64,000 nt of DNA from a virus. Its lineage: Duplodnaviria; Caudoviricetes. The notes beneath the pieces are model-generated. The model was not told the DNA's origin, did not search any database, and saw only the letters and a list, made by a program, of their open reading frames with translations. The position numbers and the translations under genes are program-made. The DNA lies in IMG/VR virus record IMGVR_UViG_3300005336_000019, positions 12,513 to 76,512 of that record; one strand, written 5' to 3'. Below, in pieces: positions 9,033-17,617 of the stretch; position 1 is the first letter of the stretch, and every line of letters starts with the position of its first letter.

Positions 9033-9090
9033 GAAGGGGCTCCGGTTGCGGCCGGGGCCCCTTCTGCGTATCGTCTTTGACCTAGGCCAT
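9033..9090 (+). promoter_or_regulatory. Terminator-like hairpin with -35 (TTGCGG) in loop, -10 TATCGT and box TTGACCTAGGCCAT
   Basis: GAAGGGGCTCCGG-TTGCGG-CCGGGGCCCCTTC; 17-bp spacer to TATCGT 9069-9074; box 9077-9090. Confidence 0.7.
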
Positions 9091-9105
9091 TCGGATGGGA
9101 GAGAC

Positions 9106-9390
9106 GTGAGCGAGGACGAATTCGAAGCCCTGGCCGATGAGTTACGGGCTTCATGGAGCGGCGACCGCGAACGCTGGGACGGTCTTCGCGAGGAGCTGAC
9201 GGACAAGTCCCTGTGCCTGCGCTGGGACGGCGACCACCGCCTTCTCCTGGAGCAGCACACCAGCAGGCAGACGGCGTTGATCGCCACCACGTACGGCCGC
9301 AGGCAGGACGACCGGATCCGGTACGCCGTGATCCTGGAGCGCAGCCTGAGATCGGGCCGCATGGAGACCAAGGGGATGGAGCCCTCATGA
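9106..9390 (+). CDS. hypothetical protein containing an in-frame TTA codon
   Basis: GTG at 9106 after GGGAG; TTA at 9142. Confidence 0.75.
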   Translation: MSEDEFEALADELRASWSGDRERWDGLREELTDKSLCLRWDGDHRLLLEQHTSRQTALIATTYGRRQDDRIRYAVILERSLRSGRMETKGMEPS

Positions 9391-9707
9391 ATCACCCGGA
9401 GACCGCAGAGATCGACATTCCGGCCGTGGACGGCACGCTGCTGCACATCGTGCTGAACAAGGAGGAGGGCACCGGGAGGTTCACCTACTCCAGCATGGTC
9501 GAGGTGCAGCAGCACACCCCGTACGGCCTGCGCCCGCTGGTCACGTACAGCATGGGCGCGGTGCTGCGGGCGCCCCGCAACAAGCCGTTCCGGCTGCACG
9601 ACGGGGACGCCGGACTCGTGATCGAGGGCCACTGGCTGATCACGGTCGGGGACTGGATGGAGATGCTGAGCGAGGCCAGCGTCGACACGTGGAAGGTGGA
9701 CATCTGA
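9387..9707 (+). CDS. hypothetical protein
   Basis: ATGA coupling. Confidence 0.8.
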   Translation: MNHPETAEIDIPAVDGTLLHIVLNKEEGTGRFTYSSMVEVQQHTPYGLRPLVTYSMGAVLRAPRNKPFRLHDGDAGLVIEGHWLITVGDWMEMLSEASVDTWKVDI

Positions 9708-9907
9708 TGGCAAGCCTGTCGATCGAGTTCGACAACGACGAGAGCTACCACACGGGACCGCCGCAGGTTCCCCTCGGCAGCGACTTCGGGTACGCCTCCC
9801 TGAAGGGGTACCGGATCGACGAAGGCGGCTTCGTGGTCATGGAGTTCGACAACCACGCCATCCGCAAGGTGCCGGTCCGGCGCCTGCTGCGCATCACGGA
9901 GCTGTGA
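9707..9907 (+). CDS. hypothetical protein
   Basis: TGATG coupling. Confidence 0.75.
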   Translation: MASLSIEFDNDESYHTGPPQVPLGSDFGYASLKGYRIDEGGFVVMEFDNHAIRKVPVRRLLRITEL

Positions 9908-9908
9908 C

Positions 9909-10370
9909 ATGCCGCTGATCTGGACTCAAGGGAACCTGCTGGAGTCGGCGGCGCAAGGACTGGTCAGCCCGGTCAACTGCGTCGGCGTGCCGGGTGCCGG
10001 GCTGGCCCGGCAATTCAAGGACCGCTGGCCCATGCAGGTCGAGGAGTACGTGACCTTCTGCCGGGAGGGCCGGATGAAGCCCGGCCTGGTGCACGATGCA
10101 CTTCTGCCGGACGGGCGCCGGATCCTGAGCATCGCCACCAAGCGGCACTGGCGGGACAACTCACGGATCGAGGACGTGGATCGGGGGCTGGCCGCTCTGA
10201 AGGAGTACCTGGACGAGACGGGCCTGATCTCGGTCGCTCTCCCGGCGCTCGGCTGCGGGCTGGGCGGCCTGCCGAAGGCTCTCGTAGCCCGGCGGGTGCA
10301 GTTCTGGCTGGCCGACAATTTCTCCGTGGTCTACGTCTACGGGCTCGACGAGCCGGAGGTGTCGGCGTGA
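9909..10370 (+). CDS. Macrodomain protein (DarG/TARG1-like ADP-ribosyl hydrolase)
   Basis: GNLL, VNCVGVPGAGLARQFK, TKRHWR, ALPALGCGLGGL motifs. Confidence 0.9.
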   Translation: MPLIWTQGNLLESAAQGLVSPVNCVGVPGAGLARQFKDRWPMQVEEYVTFCREGRMKPGLVHDALLPDGRRILSIATKRHWRDNSRIEDVDRGLAALKEYLDETGLISVALPALGCGLGGLPKALVARRVQFWLADNFSVVYVYGLDEPEVSA

Positions 10371-10564
10371 GCAAGGAGATCATCCGGGTGACCGTCGTCT
10401 TCGAGTACGAGGTCGACCCGGAGTTGTACCCCGGAGCGAAAACGCCCGGCGAGCGGGCGGAAGTCGACCGGGAGAACTTCGCCAAGAACCCGGACCTGGT
10501 GGTGGAAACGCTCGCCGACAAGGGAGCGAAGTCCGTCACCCTCGGGTCTTTCACGATCAACTGA
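10367..10564 (+). CDS. hypothetical protein
   Basis: GTGA coupling. Confidence 0.75.
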   Translation: MSKEIIRVTVVFEYEVDPELYPGAKTPGERAEVDRENFAKNPDLVVETLADKGAKSVTLGSFTIN

Positions 10565-10584
10565 TCACCGGAACAGGAGAAGAC

Positions 10585-11190
10585 ATGGCGATGACCCGCG
10601 AAGAGGAGACGGCGCTGGCGAAGGAGATGGCCGAGGAGATGGGCCTGAACCTGCCGTACGCCGCCCAGGTGGGCTTCGAGTACGACGTGAAGGCGGCCCG
10701 GCAGAAGGCCGAGGAACTGCGAGACCTGGCCCGCAGGCGGGAGCAGGAGTCGCGCGACTCGTTCGATCGGTGCGACACGGACGGCGCCCTCTCGCAGTGG
10801 GCGAGCGGGATCAACGCCGAGAAGTACCGGCTCCAGGCCGACATCGTCGAGAACGGCGGCATGTGGTACTTCCCGGCCCTCTTCGACCTGGAGGGCAACC
10901 TGGTTCCGGCCCGGGAGGCGTACGGCCAGTACGGATCCTTCTGGTCTCTGCTGGACGCCGACGGGAACCGCACCGGCCAGACCTTCAACGAGTCGAAGGC
11001 CCAGAACGACAAGGTGAAGATCCGCAACGATGCCCGGAAGGGCTACTACGTCGGCTCGGTTCTGGCCCCGGCCAGAGTCGTGACGCGCGGCCAGTCCGTC
11101 ACCTCGGTCGCCTGCCACATCGACCGGAACGACGGCGGCTGGGACCCGGACGTGATGGTGCTCGACAACGGGAAGGGCGAGCAGGAGTGA
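10585..11190 (+). CDS. hypothetical phage protein
   Basis: RBS CAGGAGAAG; SFDRCDTDGALSQWA motif. Confidence 0.85.
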   Translation: MAMTREEETALAKEMAEEMGLNLPYAAQVGFEYDVKAARQKAEELRDLARRREQESRDSFDRCDTDGALSQWASGINAEKYRLQADIVENGGMWYFPALFDLEGNLVPAREAYGQYGSFWSLLDADGNRTGQTFNESKAQNDKVKIRNDARKGYYVGSVLAPARVVTRGQSVTSVACHIDRNDGGWDPDVMVLDNGKGEQE

Positions 11191-11507
11191 AGCTGGTCAG
11201 CAACACGCCCCGCCTGGAACTGCTGCGGATCGAGCTGACGACCGGCCAGTGCCCGCCGCAGTCATGTCTGGAGTGGGACGAGTTCCTGCACCTGTACGCC
11301 CTGCTGCGGCGACTCCCCGGGGCCGTCCCGGCAGTGCGCTCGGAGGTGCTGACGAAGCTGCTGGGCCGGGGCTTCGAGCACCGGTACGCCACGAACCTGA
11401 TGAGCCTGGCAACGGCGGGAACGCAGCCGCTGACCATGCTGGTTCGGCAGGCTGCGTTCCACTCGGAGATCCGGCCCCTTCGCGAAGAGGAGAAGGTGGA
11501 CAAGTGA
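11187..11507 (+). CDS. hypothetical protein
   Basis: GTGA coupling. Confidence 0.75.
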   Translation: MKLVSNTPRLELLRIELTTGQCPPQSCLEWDEFLHLYALLRRLPGAVPAVRSEVLTKLLGRGFEHRYATNLMSLATAGTQPLTMLVRQAAFHSEIRPLREEEKVDK

Positions 11508-11908
11508 TGAGCGACCCTGACGACAACAACCCGGACTTCCGGCCCGGCGGGAATGTCCAGGCCGCCGTAGCGCGCATGCTGCTCTGGCTGGAGCAGTACC
11601 CGGACGACGTGAACGTGGCAGCCCAGATCGGAAGTTCGAACGGCTTCATCACGGACGGCTGGCCGTACCGCATGTACGCCGTCGACCGCCGGGACCTGGC
11701 CGCCGTGCTGCGTCTGGTGCAGAAGCTGCCGGACTTCCAGATCTACACAGAGGACGCCTCCACGGTCTGTGAAGCGTGCGACACGAACATCACCTGGGGT
11801 GACCAGGACCCCCGGCTGTACTCGCTCGTCGAGGCCGCCGGTCAGCACGTGTGTGACCCGGGGAAGAAGGCGGCGGTCGAACGGGACCGGGCCGCTCGGA
11901 AGGTGTGA
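11507..11908 (+). CDS. hypothetical protein with CxxC...HxC motif
   Basis: TGATG coupling. Confidence 0.8.
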   Translation: MSDPDDNNPDFRPGGNVQAAVARMLLWLEQYPDDVNVAAQIGSSNGFITDGWPYRMYAVDRRDLAAVLRLVQKLPDFQIYTEDASTVCEACDTNITWGDQDPRLYSLVEAAGQHVCDPGKKAAVERDRAARKV

Positions 11909-11974
11909 GGCGCTTCGGTGGGGTCCGGCTGCGGCCGGGCCTTCGCCGTGGGATCTCACGGAACTGGAGGAGAA

Positions 11975-12247
11975 ATGCACCACAGCGAGATCGATCACGA
12001 GGCCAAGGTCAAGGAGCCCGTGGCCGACCTGGACGACTGGTACGGCGAGCGGCCGTACCTGCTGGAGGGGTTCGTCCCCGTCGACAGCAGCGACGTCATC
12101 GTGCCGGTCGACAGCGACAGCCCGGAGAGCTTCATCCTGGCCCTCACCGAGGGGCAGGCGGTTCAGGCCCTGCTGTCGCTGGCCGAGCAGATCGGCGACG
12201 TCCGGGCCGTGGAGCTGATCCAGCAGCAGGCCGCAACGCCCAAGTAG
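11975..12247 (+). CDS. hypothetical protein
   Basis: RBS GGAGGAG. Confidence 0.8.
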   Translation: MHHSEIDHEAKVKEPVADLDDWYGERPYLLEGFVPVDSSDVIVPVDSDSPESFILALTEGQAVQALLSLAEQIGDVRAVELIQQQAATPK

Positions 12248-12284
12248 CCAGGGCGAGTTCGATCAGATACAGTGGCCTAGGTCA
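12245..12284 (+). promoter_or_regulatory. Promoter TAGCCA-17-TACAGT abutting box TGGCCTAGGTCA
   Basis: Same -10/box register as at 2485-2501. Confidence 0.65.
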
Positions 12285-12300
12285 GGGAAGGAGGAAAGAC

Positions 12301-12384
12301 ATGGCAGAGAAGCTGCCCCAGCGCGAGCCGGGGAAGGCCCTCAAGGAGGCGCGCGAGCGCGAAGAGGGCCAGGGTCAGCGATGA
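12301..12384 (+). CDS. 27-aa microprotein MAEKLPQREPGKALKEAREREEGQGQR
   Basis: Strong RBS AAGGAGG, own promoter, terminator immediately after. Confidence 0.65.
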   Translation: MAEKLPQREPGKALKEAREREEGQGQR

Positions 12385-12389
12385 CCTTC

Positions 12390-12414
12390 AGGGGGCGCCC
12401 GACGGGCGCCCCCT
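12390..12414 (+). terminator. intrinsic terminator-like hairpin
   Basis: AGGGGGCGCCC-GAC-GGGCGCCCCCT. Confidence 0.7.
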
Positions 12415-12450
12415 CATTGATGCAGTGATCGGAACAGGAGAGAGAGACCC

Positions 12451-12885
12451 ATGGAGTTCCACGAGCGCTTCGCCGAGAAGGCTGCCGACACCGACTACTC
12501 CCGCTACCCCCAGCTCCAGGCGCTGAGCAAGTACGACATCAACGCGACGGCCGAGGCTCTGCGCCTGACCGCGATCCAGCTCGGCACCCACGTGCGCGGG
12601 TGGGGCATGCTGGACGACCTGACGCTCGACGAGCCGACGGTCATCACGGCCCTGCTGGCGCTGAAGCGGCGCTGGGACGACGAGGGGCACCTGGTCTCGG
12701 TCGACTTCGAGGAGTACTGGGACGCCACCGACACCCACAACTTCCCCTCCTCCCTGCTGGAGGAGATGAAGCGCCACCTCGTCCGCCAGTTCCTGGAGGG
12801 CAAGAAGGCCGAGCACGTCGCGGTCAGCAACCCGTACGGGATCTGGCTGTTCGACAAGGCCGTCCTGGAGGGGATCTTCAAGTGA
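12451..12885 (+). CDS. hypothetical protein
   Basis: High GC3, RBS. Confidence 0.85.
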   Translation: MEFHERFAEKAADTDYSRYPQLQALSKYDINATAEALRLTAIQLGTHVRGWGMLDDLTLDEPTVITALLALKRRWDDEGHLVSVDFEEYWDATDTHNFPSSLLEEMKRHLVRQFLEGKKAEHVAVSNPYGIWLFDKAVLEGIFK

Positions 12886-13166
12886 TCGACTCCCTCTCGA
12901 ACCTGCCGACCGGGGTCAACGAGCTGTACCCCAACTGGCAGGCCGCCTTCGCCGAGATCACCGTCCGCCCCCGGGAGGATGCGGGTCGGAAGCCGGAGAT
13001 GCCCCTGCTCTCCCGTGGGCACTGCTTCGCGGACGACCGGGGTGACGTCTGGACGGTCCTTCGCGCTACCGTCGTGACGGAGACCGACGAGTTCAGCGGT
13101 GACGAGCTTCCATACCGCTACGCCTACGTCTACGAGGTCGTGAGCGGCAGGCGTCAGCTCGACTGA
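12882..13166 (+). CDS. hypothetical protein
   Basis: GTGA coupling. Confidence 0.75.
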   Translation: MIDSLSNLPTGVNELYPNWQAAFAEITVRPREDAGRKPEMPLLSRGHCFADDRGDVWTVLRATVVTETDEFSGDELPYRYAYVYEVVSGRRQLD

Positions 13167-13172
13167 GCCACC

Positions 13173-13212
13173 CAAGGGGCGGCCCCGGATCGGGGTCGCC
13201 CCTTGTTGTGTT
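13173..13212 (+). terminator. intrinsic terminator
   Basis: CAAGGGGCGGCCCC-GGATC-GGGGTCGCCCCTTG plus T-rich tail. Confidence 0.75.
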
Positions 13213-13219
13213 TCCAGCG

Positions 13220-13245
13220 TGACCTAGGCCGGTTGATGATAGACT
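13220..13245 (+). promoter_or_regulatory. Box TGACCTAGGCCG and extended -10 TGATAGACT
   Basis: Box 13220-13231; TAGACT 13240-13245. Confidence 0.65.
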
Positions 13246-13267
13246 CCCGTGCACGGAAGGAGAGGAA

Positions 13268-13762
13268 ATGGCAAACGACTTGGTGAGATTCCCGGAGGCC
13301 GGGGATCACTGGGAGGAGATACCGGGGCCCGGCATGTACGTGCTGGCGGTTCTCCCCAGGAAGGCTGAGCCCGACCAGTGCGCCGTGGGCGCCGCCATCC
13401 TCATGCTGCGCCCACAGGGGCGCCTGCTCACCCCGGTCGACCCGCTGTGGCCGACGGAGGAGAGCCGGAACTACGACGCCAGCCTGCTGGAGGAGGCGGC
13501 ACAGCTCTTCGAGGAGAGGGGCGAGCGGGTCAAGGCCGCGACGATACGGGCCCAGTTCCCCACCACGGACCTGTCGGTCGAGGTCGTCCAGGCCACACAC
13601 ATGGGCTCGACAGCGCGCACCCTGCGCAGCACGAAGACCGGCGAGTACTGGCAGGCCCGATGGGAAGACCTCACGCCGTCCGGAATCCTGCACCTGCACC
13701 AGATCCACACCTGCTTCGTACGGCCGCCCGTACTGATCACGTTCCTGGGGGACGAGGACTGA
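13268..13762 (+). CDS. hypothetical protein
   Basis: RBS AAGGAGAGG. Confidence 0.8.
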   Translation: MANDLVRFPEAGDHWEEIPGPGMYVLAVLPRKAEPDQCAVGAAILMLRPQGRLLTPVDPLWPTEESRNYDASLLEEAAQLFEERGERVKAATIRAQFPTTDLSVEVVQATHMGSTARTLRSTKTGEYWQARWEDLTPSGILHLHQIHTCFVRPPVLITFLGDED

Positions 13763-14142
13763 TGAAGCTGTTCGGCAAGAAGAAGCCGGAAGACGAGAAG
13801 CCGCCGACCGGCCAGAGGCCCCGCATCCGGGGGCACGTCGAAGCGTTCTACGTCCAGCGGGCGTCGGAGGCATTCATCGAGGTCATCATGAAGGCTTCCG
13901 ACGCGCAGCGCCCCGGCAGGATCGGAGCCGACCACAGTTCCGACGTGGACCGGGCACAGGTGCTGGAGGCTGCCGTCTCGGTGGCCGCTCTGCACTGCAA
14001 CGAAGATCTGCTTTCCCGGCTGTACTCCTTCCGGGACGCCGTGCTCGAACTCACCATGGGCGGCGGCTCGGAAGCCGAAGTACGCGCCACCCGAGAGCAC
14101 TTCACGAAGGGGTGCCGGGAAGCGCTCGGCACCGACCAGTAG
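13762..14142 (+). CDS. hypothetical protein
   Basis: TGATG coupling. Confidence 0.8.
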   Translation: MKLFGKKKPEDEKPPTGQRPRIRGHVEAFYVQRASEAFIEVIMKASDAQRPGRIGADHSSDVDRAQVLEAAVSVAALHCNEDLLSRLYSFRDAVLELTMGGGSEAEVRATREHFTKGCREALGTDQ

Positions 14143-14163
14143 AACCGGAGAGGGAGAAGAGCA

Positions 14164-14679
14164 GTGCGACTCATGCACCAGCACGACCTGGGCGGACCGG
14201 GCCGGGTGATCGTCATGGCAGGTGACCTCCCCGTCACCATCACGGTCGACGAACGGGCCGAGTACCGCTCGGTGGACGTCCTGGCCGATCGCGGCCTGGC
14301 CGCCTGGGCAGGACCCATCGGCCCGGGAGGCGTCTCGTTCGGGGTCGAGGTCGGCAGGCCCACCCTGATCAACACCCTGCGCGACAAGCTGGGTCTGCGT
14401 ATGGGTACCTCAGTGTCCGGCGGCGGCTCGGTCTCCTCGTCCGGGCGCGGCTCGATCGCGGCCGGGGGGAGCATCGTCAACTGTGCCACCGGCCGGGGTG
14501 CGAAGGTCACCGTGAGCGGAGCGGAGCAGAAGCAGCCGGAGGTCGGCGTACATCTGACTGTTCCCAGGCTGTGCATCTTCGAGATCCGGTCCCACGGCGG
14601 CATCCGCGTTCTGCACGACGGTATCGAGCTGTCCTTCCAGGCGGCCGAGGAGCGCGGGCTTCTGGCGGCGGCCCGATGA
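14164..14679 (+). CDS. hypothetical protein, Gly/Ser-rich (possibly truncated DUF4097-like)
   Basis: RBS GGGAGAAG; VHLTVP motif like the 7144 gene. Confidence 0.75.
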   Translation: MRLMHQHDLGGPGRVIVMAGDLPVTITVDERAEYRSVDVLADRGLAAWAGPIGPGGVSFGVEVGRPTLINTLRDKLGLRMGTSVSGGGSVSSSGRGSIAAGGSIVNCATGRGAKVTVSGAEQKQPEVGVHLTVPRLCIFEIRSHGGIRVLHDGIELSFQAAEERGLLAAAR

Positions 14680-14894
14680 TCTCGGCGGTCGGCGACTTCC
14701 TCGTGGAGCGGTTCCCCGGAGCGGGCCCGAACCGCCGGGTGGCACGCATCGTCAGCAGCCAGCCGGAGGAGGGGCGCCTTCGGGTGTCCCGGACCGTCCA
14801 GGCGGGAGGCCGTCGCTACACGGTGGCCTTCCACTTCCCTCCCGGCATCCGGCAGGGCCGGGCCATCGCCTGGCCGAGGGAGGCGGAGCGCTGA
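14676..14894 (+). CDS. hypothetical protein
   Basis: ATGA coupling. Confidence 0.7.
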   Translation: MISAVGDFLVERFPGAGPNRRVARIVSSQPEEGRLRVSRTVQAGGRRYTVAFHFPPGIRQGRAIAWPREAER

Positions 14895-15319
14895 TGAGCC
14901 TGCGCCAGGAAGCCGAAGCACTGTTCTTCGGAGTCGGAGTCCAGGAGCTGTACGGCCACTGGTCCTGGGCCGACCGGGGCTCGATGTTCATTCGGTTCGG
15001 CGAGTGGGAGCCGGGCCAGGCGCCCGACACCTGGGCCTACCGGGTTCACGCACCTCACCCGCTTGACAGTGATCGCCGGATCGACAAGGTGATCACGTAC
15101 TCGGTGCTGTACACAGCAGCCGAGCTGATCGCCTACGAGAACGCCGACACCGAGAAGCCGTTCCACCCGCCGAGCGAAGAAACCGGTCGAGCCTGTTCCA
15201 TGTGGGTCTTCAGCGACGAACTCGGCACGTTCGACCCTCACACTCTGGACCAGGTTCTCCAGGTTGCCGTGTTCGGCGGCGTGAAGTACCCCCACTTCGA
15301 GCCCCGCAACCGGGGCTGA
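14894..15319 (+). CDS. hypothetical protein
   Basis: TGATG coupling. Confidence 0.8.
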   Translation: MSLRQEAEALFFGVGVQELYGHWSWADRGSMFIRFGEWEPGQAPDTWAYRVHAPHPLDSDRRIDKVITYSVLYTAAELIAYENADTEKPFHPPSEETGRACSMWVFSDELGTFDPHTLDQVLQVAVFGGVKYPHFEPRNRG

Positions 15320-15337
15320 CGGAAAGCGAGAAGAGAC

Positions 15338-15667
15338 GTGAAGCACGAGTTCGCCATCGACTACGCCGGGCTCACTCCGCAGCAGAAGCTCGTGATTCTG
15401 GAGGAGATGGGATTCAAGGAGATTCCGCCCTCCGAGCACGGCACGAACTGTCTGTCCCGGCAGGGCAGCGGCATCATCTGCGACTGTCTCCAGGGCGTGA
15501 CGACCTGGGGCGCTCCGCAGGACGTGAAGAAGTACCTGGGCGAGACGCACGAGGAACGCGCCGAGTTTGCGGCCCGGCGCCAGCTCTACCTGAACGAGGG
15601 CGAGGGTGAGAGCCCCGGATCCTGGATCTATCACCTGGAGAAGAACGCCCCCCGCTACTGGCACTGA
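15338..15667 (+). CDS. hypothetical protein
   Basis: RBS, high GC3. Confidence 0.8.
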   Translation: MKHEFAIDYAGLTPQQKLVILEEMGFKEIPPSEHGTNCLSRQGSGIICDCLQGVTTWGAPQDVKKYLGETHEERAEFAARRQLYLNEGEGESPGSWIYHLEKNAPRYWH

Positions 15668-15682
15668 GGAACGGAGAAGAGC

Positions 15683-15985
15683 ATGGCGAAGATCGATGTG
15701 AACGAGGTCCAGGGCCTCTTCCGGGTCGGTCTGGCCACGGACCAGAAGGGCAACGAGGTCTACGTGCTGGAGATCCTGGGGATCCCGGTTCTGTACGCCG
15801 ACGCCCACGAGTTCGAGGCGGGCCACCAGGACGCCGAGGACTGGCAGGAGACCTTCGAGACGCGACTGGCCCGGATGCTGGCCAAGGTGCTGACGGAGGG
15901 CTACGACCACGACTTCGTGAAGTGGCGCACCGAATCGCCGACCGGCCGTGACGTGTACCGCCTCGGCCCCTTCGGGGAGTCGTGA
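15683..15985 (+). CDS. hypothetical protein (paralog family B)
   Basis: VLEILGIPV motif. Confidence 0.8.
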   Translation: MAKIDVNEVQGLFRVGLATDQKGNEVYVLEILGIPVLYADAHEFEAGHQDAEDWQETFETRLARMLAKVLTEGYDHDFVKWRTESPTGRDVYRLGPFGES

Positions 15986-16257
15986 TGGACGCCATCCGGA
16001 TCGGGAAGACCGAGGAGAACGGCCAGCCCCTGATCGTCGTCGAGCTGTTCGGTGTTCCGCTGGCCAGTTCGGTGCACAAGGTCGCCGAGTACGACGAGGA
16101 CCCCGAAGGGTTCACGAAGTGGTGGCGGGAGTACTTCGCCCGTCAGATCGTCAGCATGCTGGCGGAGGAACTGCACCAGGAGCGCCGGGTCACCGGCTGG
16201 CTGATGGCCACGAGGCTGTCACCGAGGCCGCCCGGCCTGCCGGTGGAGGAGGCGTGA
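15982..16257 (+). CDS. hypothetical protein (paralog family B)
   Basis: VVELFGVPL motif. Confidence 0.8.
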   Translation: MMDAIRIGKTEENGQPLIVVELFGVPLASSVHKVAEYDEDPEGFTKWWREYFARQIVSMLAEELHQERRVTGWLMATRLSPRPPGLPVEEA

Positions 16258-16538
16258 ACCCCGAACTGTTCAAGGCGGGAAGCGTCGAGCTGCCGAACGG
16301 CGGGTGCATCACCGTCGTGGAATTCATGGGGCATCCGATCGCCGAGGGCCCGGCCGAGGCCCTGGATGGCGAGGGTGCGGCCGAGAGGGTTCAGGAGGCT
16401 TTCTGTGCTGCTCTCGTCGCCGCCCTGTCCATGGTGATGGGGAGCGAGCAGTTCGGCCGGTACGCGCCCAGGGAGTGGACGTACTGGCACCCGATGGCCC
16501 CGCCCCTGGCGAGGCTTCCGAAGGGAGAAGAGGGATGA
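16254..16538 (+). CDS. hypothetical protein (paralog family B)
   Basis: VVEFMGHPI motif. Confidence 0.8.
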   Translation: MNPELFKAGSVELPNGGCITVVEFMGHPIAEGPAEALDGEGAAERVQEAFCAALVAALSMVMGSEQFGRYAPREWTYWHPMAPPLARLPKGEEG

Positions 16539-16783
16539 AGGGAATGGACGGGCAGCTCATGCGAGCCGTGGCCCGGCTCCACGACGACGAGCTGGAAACC
16601 CGGCGCCGCTGGGCCCAGCACATCCGGGAGGAGTTCGGGAAGTACCACGACCACTCCGGCGGCGGCGAGTGCGGCGCCTGCGGGGCGATCCAGGCGGCGA
16701 ACTGGATGGACCCGGACTATGTCAAGGATGGCCCGCTGGCGGAGCCGTTCGGGACCTGGCGGGACCGTCACCCCAGCATGTGA
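16535..16783 (+). CDS. hypothetical protein (HxH...CxxC)
   Basis: ATGA coupling. Confidence 0.75.
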   Translation: MKGMDGQLMRAVARLHDDELETRRRWAQHIREEFGKYHDHSGGGECGACGAIQAANWMDPDYVKDGPLAEPFGTWRDRHPSM

Positions 16784-16784
16784 T

Positions 16785-16854
16785 CTGACCAGAGGCCGAA
16801 ACCGGGCAGCCAGCCCGGTCGTGCAGTGAGACTGCACCTGACGATGGCCGTCAG
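16785..16854 (+). ncRNA. Hammerhead ribozyme, type II (HHR2)
   Basis: CTGAC-CAGA-GGCC-GAAA-CCGGGC-AGCCA-GCCCGG-TC^-GTGCAG-TGAGA-CTGCAC-CTGACGA-T-GGCC-GTCAG; predicted cleavage after 16820. Confidence 0.9.
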
Positions 16855-16870
16855 TGAGAGAGGAAGGGTG

Positions 16871-17065
16871 ATGGCGAAGCGACAGAAGACGGTGGACTCG
16901 GTCTACGACTGGGCCGCCCGTCATGATGTACCGGCACCCGACGCCTTCGCGGTGAGCCACGTCGGGCTCGACGGTCACGACAGGCTTCTCAGGCTGGCCG
17001 CTGCGCGCTGGCGCCGCCTGGTGGCGACGAAGAAGACGGGCTTCCCGCTCATCGACGGGGACTGA
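16871..17065 (+). CDS. hypothetical protein directly downstream of HHR2
   Basis: RBS GAGGAAGG. Confidence 0.7.
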   Translation: MAKRQKTVDSVYDWAARHDVPAPDAFAVSHVGLDGHDRLLRLAAARWRRLVATKKTGFPLIDGD

Positions 17066-17125
17066 AGCAGCTCGGAAGGTGTCCGGAAGCCGGGCGAACT
17101 GATTCGGAAGGGACGAGGAAGAGGC

Positions 17126-17602
17126 ATGGAACTCACGGAACCGAAGCGTGGCGACAAGGTCGTCTACCAGGGACAGCTCCGCACGATCGAGGGGTTCGAC
17201 GAGGATCACGGCACCCACCTGGGGATGGGCGCCTGGATCTCGATCAACGAGTACGAGAAGAACGGTGATGGTGTGTGGGTTCGCGCCGATTCGCCCCGTA
17301 CCTACCTGATCGGCGAGCCCTACGAGAACTACCGCTCCTCGCGCACGGGTGTCGCCGTGATCCGGCCCGCCGTCTACCAGAGGGGCAGCACGGAGAAGGT
17401 CATCACCACCTCCCCCTGCTGCACCCTGAACGTCCGGCACCTCAACTACGCGGACGTCAACTCCGACCTGGCCAAGAGGACCGGCGGCTGGAGCGAGACG
17501 TGCACGCAGTGCGGCTGGCACTACGCGGTCTCCCTCGTCTCCCAGACCAACGACCCCCGCCTCGGCCTGTACGGCGTGCGCTGGGAGTCCAAGGGGTTCT
17601 GA
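17126..17602 (+). CDS. hypothetical protein, zinc-ribbon-like
   Basis: SPCC...CTQC. Confidence 0.8.
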   Translation: MELTEPKRGDKVVYQGQLRTIEGFDEDHGTHLGMGAWISINEYEKNGDGVWVRADSPRTYLIGEPYENYRSSRTGVAVIRPAVYQRGSTEKVITTSPCCTLNVRHLNYADVNSDLAKRTGGWSETCTQCGWHYAVSLVSQTNDPRLGLYGVRWESKGF

Positions 17603-17617
17603 AAGGGTCGAATCAAC

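Noticed and set aside
13759-14898. CTGATGA strings at about 13759 and 14891 as further hammerhead cores
   Set aside because: They are TGATG stop-start overlaps without flanking stems or GAAA
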